In this document: positions 56,066 through 64,000 of the stretch, piece after piece
Position numbering within the stretch: position 1 is the first letter of the stretch
Layout of the letters: every line of letters starts with the position of its first letter
Source: an uncultured bacterium
GTDB lineage: Bacteria > Fidelibacterota > Marinisomatia > Marinisomatales > JABMOV01
NCBI GenBank assembly: GCA_964344305.1
Contig: CAYFMT010000003.1
Span: forward strand, 71,790 to 135,789
DNA length: 64,000 bases
Direction: 5' to 3'
Notes under the pieces: generated by a model
What the model saw: only the letters and a program-made list of their open reading frames with translations
What the model was told of the DNA's origin: nothing
Database searches by the model: none
Translations under genes and position numbers: made by a program

Positions 56066-56923
56066 ATGCCTAACCGAAAAAGTTGCGGAGTGCCTCTCCT
56101 GATTCTGTTCACTGTTATGTGTACACAATCATGCACTCAATCCAGGACCCATGTTATCAACGAAGGTAGAAAACATAATATTGCGTATTTAATAGAAGAA
56201 GGCAACCGACTCTGGGCTCAGAGAACCGATCCTTCCATGATAATTAAAGCAAGAAATCTCTTAACATCTGCCCACAATGAAGATCCGACCAATCTGGAGT
56301 TATCCATCCTACTCAGCAGGATCTACTACTTCGAAGCGCATTATTTGCAAACTGATGCAATACTACAGGATAGTCTTTTTTATATTGGAAAAACTATAGC
56401 CGAGAGAGGACTAAAATCTGCTCTTGATTATCCAGTGGATGATTCAACTTCCATGTTGCAGATGCTACCAAAAACAGAGCAGACACATATTGGTCTTTTA
56501 TATTGGTGGGCTGCAAATTATGGAAGTTACCTGATTAAGAAACCAGTCCTGGAACGACTGGAACATCGCGAAACCTTCGAGGAAATTCTCCATCATATTC
56601 TGTTGCTTAATCCCAATTACCATTATGGTGGTCCCTACCGATTGTTTGGTGTTTTTTATGCAAGAATTCCCGGGGTCGATGTCACCCGATCTGGAGTCTA
56701 TTTTGATCAGGCTATTTCAGCATATCCCGAGTATTTTTCCTCAAAAGTGTTAAAAGCGCAATTTTTCCTGACCAAAGCAGGACATCGTGAACAATTCAGT
56801 ACTCTATTGAATGAAGTCATTCATGGAGATCCAACTGAAATTCCAGAGATCATGCCTGAAAACCTGTTCGAACAAAAACTTGCTGAGCAATTATTGTCAG
56901 AGGAAGCATTATTATTTGAATGA
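56066..56923 (+). CDS. Helical (TPR-like) lipoprotein, unknown function
   Basis: 285 aa. Lipobox-like LILFTVMCTQSC. Helix-rich sequence. ATGA overlap with plsY. Confidence 0.6.
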   Translation: MPNRKSCGVPLLILFTVMCTQSCTQSRTHVINEGRKHNIAYLIEEGNRLWAQRTDPSMIIKARNLLTSAHNEDPTNLELSILLSRIYYFEAHYLQTDAILQDSLFYIGKTIAERGLKSALDYPVDDSTSMLQMLPKTEQTHIGLLYWWAANYGSYLIKKPVLERLEHRETFEEILHHILLLNPNYHYGGPYRLFGVFYARIPGVDVTRSGVYFDQAISAYPEYFSSKVLKAQFFLTKAGHREQFSTLLNEVIHGDPTEIPEIMPENLFEQKLAEQLLSEEALLFE

Positions 56924-57549
56924 TTGAATCACACCTTATCAAAATACTGATTTCCATTGGTGTTGGATATATCCTTGGGAATATCCAGACCAGCTATATC
57001 CTGGCAAAATTAGTCCGACAGACAGATATCCGCGAAAAAGGTTCCGGCAATGCAGGGGCATCCAATGCTGTGATGGTTCTAGGGTGGTGGGCAGGAGTCA
57101 TTACATTTCTGGTCGATGTCCTAAAAGGCTTTGCTGCTGTGACAGTTATTGCCCGACTTTTCCCGGATAATGGTGATTTGGCTATTTTAGCCGGTGCTTT
57201 TTCCATCATTGGACATATTTTTCCGGTGCTTCTACAGTTCAAGGGTGGAAAAGGAATTGCCACCATTATAGGTGTAGTATTTGGTTTTGATCCAGGTATT
57301 GGACTTGTGTTGCTTTGCATTATGGGAATTGCATTGTTGGTCAGCCGATATGTCGTGGTGGCGTCACTGATTTCATTGATCCTGCTACCGGCTATAGTCT
57401 TTTTTCTTGGTTATTCCACAACCGGCGTTTTGATTACTATTGGAGTGTCACTTATTGGCATAATCAAGCACCAGGAGAATATTGAAAACCTGATGACGGG
57501 GAAAGAAACATCCCTGGACGCTGTACTTCCCAGGTCAAAAACAGACTAG
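56920..57549 (+). CDS. plsY: Glycerol-3-phosphate acyltransferase PlsY
   Basis: 209 aa. GSGNAGASN, GHIFPV..FKGGKG, multiple TM helices. Confidence 0.9.
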   Translation: MIESHLIKILISIGVGYILGNIQTSYILAKLVRQTDIREKGSGNAGASNAVMVLGWWAGVITFLVDVLKGFAAVTVIARLFPDNGDLAILAGAFSIIGHIFPVLLQFKGGKGIATIIGVVFGFDPGIGLVLLCIMGIALLVSRYVVVASLISLILLPAIVFFLGYSTTGVLITIGVSLIGIIKHQENIENLMTGKETSLDAVLPRSKTD

Positions 57550-57598
57550 GATTCAAGTGCCAAATACAATTGTATATAATTCAATGAGAGGTGTCTAG

Positions 57599-58000
57599 AT
57601 GGCAAAAACAAGAATTGTAAAAGAATTTATGTCAAAGAAGCTGGTAACCTTTACTCCAGGGATGAGTGTCTACCAGGCAATGAAGGAATTATTGGATAAA
57701 CGCATATCAGGTGGACCAGTTCTGAATGAAAAAAGCGAGATTATTGGTATGCTATCCGAATATGATTGCCAGAAGACACTACTCAATGCGACATACAATA
57801 ATTATCCTCCTGATCATGTAGAAGATGTGATGTCCAGGGATGTTGAAACGGTGGATGCCCATTTAAGTATTCATGATCTTGCCCAAAAATTTATTACCGA
57901 AAGACGCAGACGTTATCCAGTCCAGGAAGATGGGAAACTCATCGGTCAAATCAGTCGGCGAGATGTTTTGATTGCAATGCAATCACTCAGAGAAGAATAG
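57599..58000 (+). CDS. CBS-domain pair protein
   Basis: 133 aa. Two CBS repeats (MSKKLVTFTP..ISGGPVLN and MSRDVETVDA..RRRYPVQEDGKLIGQISRRDVL). Confidence 0.8.
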   Translation: MAKTRIVKEFMSKKLVTFTPGMSVYQAMKELLDKRISGGPVLNEKSEIIGMLSEYDCQKTLLNATYNNYPPDHVEDVMSRDVETVDAHLSIHDLAQKFITERRRRYPVQEDGKLIGQISRRDVLIAMQSLREE

Positions 58001-58035
58001 AAAAGAGTCTCAGGGTTCTTCCCTGATACTATCCG

Positions 58036-59784
58036 CTACGATTTATTTCGTAAGGCTATCCCAAGTTCTTTTAGCTGTTCTTCTGATACTTGACTTGGGG
58101 AACCATCCATTAAGGATAAGGCTGATGTTGTTTTGGGGAAAGCGATGACATCGCGAATATTTTCTGTCCCTGCCAGAAGCATGACTAATCGGTCAAATCC
58201 AAAGGCTATACCGCCATGGGGCGGTGCACCGTAGGTGAGGGCATCAAGTAAAAATCCAAATTTTGCCTTTGCTTCTTCCTGCTCAATTCCCAAAAGATCA
58301 AATACCTTTTGCTGAAGTTGAGTGTCATGGATTCTGATGGACCCACCTCCAATTTCGTACCCGTTCATCACGATGTCATATCCTCTGGAAAGTACCTCAC
58401 CTGGATTTGAATCCAATGCTGAGATAGCATCCTGTTTTGGTGCGGTAAATGGATGATGCATTGCTAGATATCGCTCTGCATCCTTATCCCAGTCAAACAT
58501 TGGGAAGTCCACGATCCAAACAGGTTTGAAATCACCTCTATTTATCATGTCATCCCGTTTAGCTACTTCAACTCGTAACGCTCCCAGGGATGCATGAACC
58601 ACTTCCGTAGAATCCCCTACCATCAATAAAATATCATTTTCTTTCAATCCCAGGTCCACCATCATGGCTTTTTGAAGATGATCATCGAAGAATTTGGATA
58701 TTCCGCCTGAAAAATTTCCTTCCACGATTTTTACCCACGCAAGACCTTTGGCTCCGTATGGCTTCACAAAGTCCGTTAGCTGATCTATGATCTTTCTTGA
58801 ATAGCCTTCCGCATTAGGAACGACAATGCATTTCACATTTTCTGCGGTTTTAAATGCGTTGAATTCTGATTGATTCGTGTATGACTTAATATCCTTTAAT
58901 TCCAGACTAAATCTTAAATCAGGACGGTCAGAACCATAACGATCCATGGCTTCCTGATAGGTCATACGAGGAAACGTTTCTGGTAAACCGACTCCCATCA
59001 CTTCCTGAAAAACAGTTCGCGTTAATTCTGTGCAAATAGAAATGATATCTTCTTCATCAATGAAGGACATTTCAATATCAATTTGAGTAAACTCCGGCTG
59101 TCTGTCTGCCCTTAAATCCTCATCCCGGAAACATTTCACAATCTGGAAATACCGATCGAATCCTGATATCATCAGTAATTGCTTGTATGTCTGGGGTGAT
59201 TGTGGCAAGGCATAAAATCGACCGTGATGAATGCGACTGGGTACGAGATAATCCCTTGCTCCCTCAGGAGTTGATTTCATTAGAACCGGAGTCTCAACTT
59301 CCATAAATCGATGATCTGAGAGAAATTTTCGTGTCACCTGGTAGGTTTTATGACGTATATCAAGATTTCTCTGTAATTCTTCAGTGCGCAATTCCAGGTA
59401 ACGATATTTTAACCGGAAATCTTCTGTGGCACTTTCACGATCCGAAATCATGAATGGCAAAGGTTCTGTTTCATTTAGTACTATGAGTTCAGTAACTGCT
59501 ACTTCAATTTCTCCAGTATCCAGATCCGGATTTGATGATGCCCGCTCCCGCACTGCTCCGGTTATGTTGATAACATCTTCAATGGATAGTTTTTTTACTT
59601 GTTCAAAATCACCAGAAAAATCTTCGGAATCAAATACGATTTGAGTTTTACCGTATCGATCTCTCAGATCAATAAATATAACCTGACCGTGAAGTCGAAC
59701 CGTATGAATCCATCCATTGAGAGAGACGGACCCCCCTGCATTATTTTTTCTTAATTCACCGCATGTGTGTGTGCGTTTAAACAT
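58036..59784 (-). CDS. aspS: Aspartate--tRNA ligase
   Basis: 582 aa. FRDEDLRADRQPEFTQID (motif 2), GGGSIRIH, GFDRLVMLL (motif 3). GAGGAG lies 5-6 nt upstream of the ATG. Confidence 0.95.
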   Translation of the reverse strand: MFKRTHTCGELRKNNAGGSVSLNGWIHTVRLHGQVIFIDLRDRYGKTQIVFDSEDFSGDFEQVKKLSIEDVINITGAVRERASSNPDLDTGEIEVAVTELIVLNETEPLPFMISDRESATEDFRLKYRYLELRTEELQRNLDIRHKTYQVTRKFLSDHRFMEVETPVLMKSTPEGARDYLVPSRIHHGRFYALPQSPQTYKQLLMISGFDRYFQIVKCFRDEDLRADRQPEFTQIDIEMSFIDEEDIISICTELTRTVFQEVMGVGLPETFPRMTYQEAMDRYGSDRPDLRFSLELKDIKSYTNQSEFNAFKTAENVKCIVVPNAEGYSRKIIDQLTDFVKPYGAKGLAWVKIVEGNFSGGISKFFDDHLQKAMMVDLGLKENDILLMVGDSTEVVHASLGALRVEVAKRDDMINRGDFKPVWIVDFPMFDWDKDAERYLAMHHPFTAPKQDAISALDSNPGEVLSRGYDIVMNGYEIGGGSIRIHDTQLQQKVFDLLGIEQEEAKAKFGFLLDALTYGAPPHGGIAFGFDRLVMLLAGTENIRDVIAFPKTTSALSLMDGSPSQVSEEQLKELGIALRNKS

Positions 59785-59801
59785 GGTATCTCCTCATGAA
59801 A

Positions 59802-59835
59802 CAAAAACCGCCTCACAAATAATTATGAAGCGGCG
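59802..59835 (-). terminator. Rho-independent terminator after atpC
   Basis: CCGCCTCA (59808-59815) / TGAAGCGG (59826-59833) with one C-A mismatch and a 10-nt loop. On the minus strand it is followed by TTTTTGTTT. Confidence 0.7.
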
Positions 59836-59862
59836 AAAAATAGGAATGATGTGCGAAATTCC

Positions 59863-60257
59863 TTAGCGTTTCGCAACCTTCAATCGATTCAGTGCTCGGG
59901 ACAATGCTGCAAGCGCACGATTAATATCAATTCCTGAATGTTCTTTCAAGCGTTCTTTTGCTTTCTGTGCAGCTTTTTCAGCACGAGATATATCAATCTC
60001 CTCAGCGTTTTCTGCTGATTCAACCAGCAACAGGACCTTATCTCCTTGAATGTCAGCAACTCCTCCGCCGGTTGCAAGGAAAAACTCTCGTTTTTCCCGT
60101 GTGATTTTAATTTCACCAACATCAAGGGCAATGATAGCTGAAGTATGGTCTTTCATCACACCGAATGACCCGTCCATGCCCGGACAGCGAACATAAGAAA
60201 CTGCTCCTTCATCCAGGATGCGTGTGGGTGTCACTATTTCAAGTTTAAAAGTACTCA

Positions 60258-60258
<1 letters not shown>
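59863..60258 (-). CDS. atpC: F1 ATP synthase epsilon subunit
   Basis: 131 aa. MSTFKLEIVTP....; position immediately after atpD (1-nt overlap at 60258). Confidence 0.9.
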
Positions 60259-61661
<1,403 letters not shown>

Positions 61662-61666
61662 TTACC

Positions 61667-62524
61667 TTAGTTTAGTGCTTCTGCCCCGCTGACAATTTCC
61701 AGCATCTCTGTTGTAATGGATGCCTGCCGGGCTTTATTGAATTCAAGTTGTAATGCTTTTATCATATCGGATGCGTTGCCAGTTGCATTTTCCATTGCCA
61801 CCATACGGGTAGCCTGTTCGCTGGCAAATGATTCCAGTAAAAATTGCCAGATCTGTACATTCACATGGCGTGGTACAAGTATTTTGACAATGTCATCTCG
61901 GAAAGGTTCATATAACCGTTCTCCCATGGAAGGAGTACTCTCTTCAATCTCATACTCCAGTGGTAACAGTCTTTCTTTTACAATTTCCTGTACGGCGACA
62001 TTTTTAAATTCATTGTAGTAAACGTGGATTTCATCCACATGACCCTGGATGAAATGCTGTACAATATACTCTCCTATTTGCATGGCATAGTTGAAATCCA
62101 GATCGTTCCAGAAATCCAGAAATTCATCTGTTATGTGATAGCCACGACGTTTAAAATGATCCCTTGCTTTTTTACCGATACATACAAGATCAACATTTTC
62201 CCTGCCCAGTTCATCCAGATCATGTTGCACTTTTTTAATGATATTCGTGTTGAATGATCCAGCCAGTCCACGATCTGAAGTAATCACTACTAATGCTGTG
62301 CGTTTTACTTCTCGTTTCTCCAGTAGAGGTAAAAGAGAGCGATCTACATCCGGGAGCAACCCCTGGATGACATCATGAAGCTTGTGTGTATATGGACGTG
62401 CCTGCTCCATTCGTTCCTGTGCTCTACGCATTTTTGCCGCCGCAACCATTTTCATGGCCTTGGTAACCTGCTGAATGCTTTTTACAGACTTAATCCGGTT
62501 TCGAATATCTTTTAAGTTTGCCAT
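61667..62524 (-). CDS. atpG: F1 ATP synthase gamma subunit
   Basis: 285 aa. MANLKDIRNRIKSVKSIQQVTKAMKMVAAAK; C-terminal ITTEMLEIVSGAEAL. Confidence 0.95.
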   Translation of the reverse strand: MANLKDIRNRIKSVKSIQQVTKAMKMVAAAKMRRAQERMEQARPYTHKLHDVIQGLLPDVDRSLLPLLEKREVKRTALVVITSDRGLAGSFNTNIIKKVQHDLDELGRENVDLVCIGKKARDHFKRRGYHITDEFLDFWNDLDFNYAMQIGEYIVQHFIQGHVDEIHVYYNEFKNVAVQEIVKERLLPLEYEIEESTPSMGERLYEPFRDDIVKILVPRHVNVQIWQFLLESFASEQATRMVAMENATGNASDMIKALQLEFNKARQASITTEMLEIVSGAEALN

Positions 62525-62527
62525 AGA

Positions 62528-64000
62528 TCAGGCAGCAAATCCCTTTGAGAATTCATCACAGGCCTTCAGCAATGTATCGTTTGTCTCATCGCTTATCTGC
62601 CCTTCTTTTCTAATGGCATCCAAAGCGGATTTATAATTGCTTTCCAGATAAGTGAGAAAACCATTTTCAAACTCATTCACTCGATCCAGACCAATATTAT
62701 CCAGGTACCCATTGTTTGCAGCAAAAATGATGGACACCTGTCTTTCAACTTCCATGGGAGCATATTGATTTTGCTTCAGGATCTCAACCATTCGACGACC
62801 ACGCGTAAGCTGTTGCTGGGTGGTTTTATCCAGGTCTGAACCAAATTTTGCAAACGCTTCCAATTCACGGAATTGTGCCAGGTCCAACCTTAACATACCA
62901 GCAGCTTTTTTCATGGCCTTGATTTGTGCATTTCCTCCCACACGTGATACCGAGATACCCACATCAATGGCGGGGCGAACACCTGAATTAAATAAATTAC
63001 CTTCCAGATAAATCTGTCCATCCGTAATGGAAATAACATTGGTCGGAATATAGGCAGATACGTCGCCTTCCTGAGTCTCAATAATGGGCAATGCTGTTAA
63101 GGAGCCACCGCCAAGATCATCAGACAACTTTGACGCTCTTTCCAGTAAACGACTATGAAGATAGAACACATCTCCAGGGAATGCTTCACGACCTGGTGGG
63201 CGACGTAAAACGAGTGACATCTGTCTGTATGCAACAGCCTGTTTTGAAAGATCATCGTATACAATGAGGGCATGCTTTCCATTATCCCTGAAATATTCAC
63301 CCATGGCACATCCAGAATAGGGAGCAATGTACTGCATGGGGGCAGGGTCAGACGCATTGGCCGCAACCACGGTTGTGTATTCCATGGCACCGGCCTGCTC
63401 CAGTTCCGCTACAACACGTGCAACAGTGGATGCTTTCTGGCCAATGGCCACATAAATACAAAAAACAGGATCATCAGTATCGTGCGTATATTTCTGATTA
63501 ATAATGGTATCAATTGCTACCGCGGTTTTTCCTGTCTGCCTGTCGCCAATGATTAATTCACGCTGTCCACGTCCAATGGGAATCATACTGTCAACGGATT
63601 TTAATCCCGTTTGAAGAGGCTCAACCACTGGCTGTCGCTGCATGACACCTAACGCCTTGCGTTCAATTGGCAGTGAATGTTTTGTATCAATCGGACCATT
63701 TCCATCCATGGGCAATCCAAGTGGATTCACCACACGACCGGCCATAGCCTCTCCCACAGGAACTTCCACCACGCGACCGGTTCGTTTCGCCAGATCACCT
63801 TCTTTTACGAGACTGCTGTCGCCAAATAATACCAGACCAACATTGTCATCCTCGAGGTTTAAGGCCATTCCAAAAACACCGTTTGGCAGCTCAACCAGTT
63901 CCGAGCTAACAACATTTTCGAGCCCGCTCACACGAGCGACACCATCACCAACTTCAATGACTTCACCGACTTCATTCACGTCAATTTCTACATTGAATTT
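62528..64000 (-). CDS. atpA: F1 ATP synthase alpha subunit, N-terminus truncated by the right window edge
   Basis: [15 protein letters not shown] (Walker A). The track's 'M' at 63979 is an internal GTG. The frame stays open to base 64000 (..[24 protein letters not shown]), as expected for AtpA. Confidence 0.95.
   Translation of the reverse strand, partial: KFNVEIDVNEVGEVIEVGDGVARVSGLENVVSSELVELPNGVFGMALNLEDDNVGLVLFGDSSLVKEGDLAKRTGRVVEVPVGEAMAGRVVNPLGLPMDGNGPIDTKHSLPIERKALGVMQRQPVVEPLQTGLKSVDSMIPIGRGQRELIIGDRQTGKTAVAIDTIINQKYTHDTDDPVFCIYVAIGQKASTVARVVAELEQAGAMEYTTVVAANASDPAPMQYIAPYSGCAMGEYFRDNGKHALIVYDDLSKQAVAYRQMSLVLRRPPGREAFPGDVFYLHSRLLERASKLSDDLGGGSLTALPIIETQEGDVSAYIPTNVISITDGQIYLEGNLFNSGVRPAIDVGISVSRVGGNAQIKAMKKAAGMLRLDLAQFRELEAFAKFGSDLDKTTQQQLTRGRRMVEILKQNQYAPMEVERQVSIIFAANNGYLDNIGLDRVNEFENGFLTYLESNYKSALDAIRKEGQISDETNDTLLKACDEFSKGFAA

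Overview
64-kb chromosomal window, AT-leaning by eye (not computed). It probably comes from an FCB-superphylum bacterium (Bacteroidota-like or Marinimicrobia-like). That inference rests on three canonical and two divergent T9SS-type C-terminal sorting domains, a PorV-like gene, and TonB-dependent receptors fused to CarboxypepD_reg-like domains; the phylum cannot be fixed without a database search. I call about 49 protein genes (two truncated by the window edges), one tRNA-Leu(UAG) and five rho-independent terminators. I saw no rRNA, CRISPR array, transposase, integrase or phage genes.

Layout:
- 1-462: partial PD40-propeller gene.
- 569-2899: T9SS cargo carrying a perfect 888-bp in-frame tandem duplication.
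- 2991-16259: tightly packed 7-gene minus-strand operon. Two paralogous modules (TonB-dependent receptor plus a ~700-aa protein with a CTD-like tail) flank a small lipoprotein, a PorV-like barrel and an IPT/propeller lipoprotein. No SusD is present.
- 16385-26731: cluster that looks like cell-wall (muropeptide) turnover and salvage: DUF1460-like, class-C-type serine hydrolase, GT2, BadF-type sugar kinase, SpoIID, AmpG-like permease, HGSNAT-like acyltransferase.
- 26733-28273: two SDRs.
- 28326-31904: 1192-aa T9SS cargo.
- 32017-33988: PCD, MATE, FmdB zinc ribbon.
- 34154-35781: ECF sigma with a soluble HxxxCxxC anti-sigma and three small redox-flavoured proteins.
- 35839-39395: SLC13 permease and a GAF/HD-GYP protein.
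- 39529-44136: a 1535-aa fusion of acyl-CoA synthetase, unknown (kinase-like?) region and GNAT.
- 44142-44224: tRNA-Leu.
- 44322-47663: T9SS cargo with several cohesin-like modules.
- 47873-64000: housekeeping block: secA, nusB, leucine dehydrogenase, acyl-CoA dehydrogenase, thiolase, phoH, plsY, CBS protein, aspS, atpC/D/G/A.

The best candidates for something undescribed are the SusD-less TBDR / CTD-partner / PorV operon and the giant ACS-X-GNAT protein. All family calls come from motif recognition by eye; no search was run.
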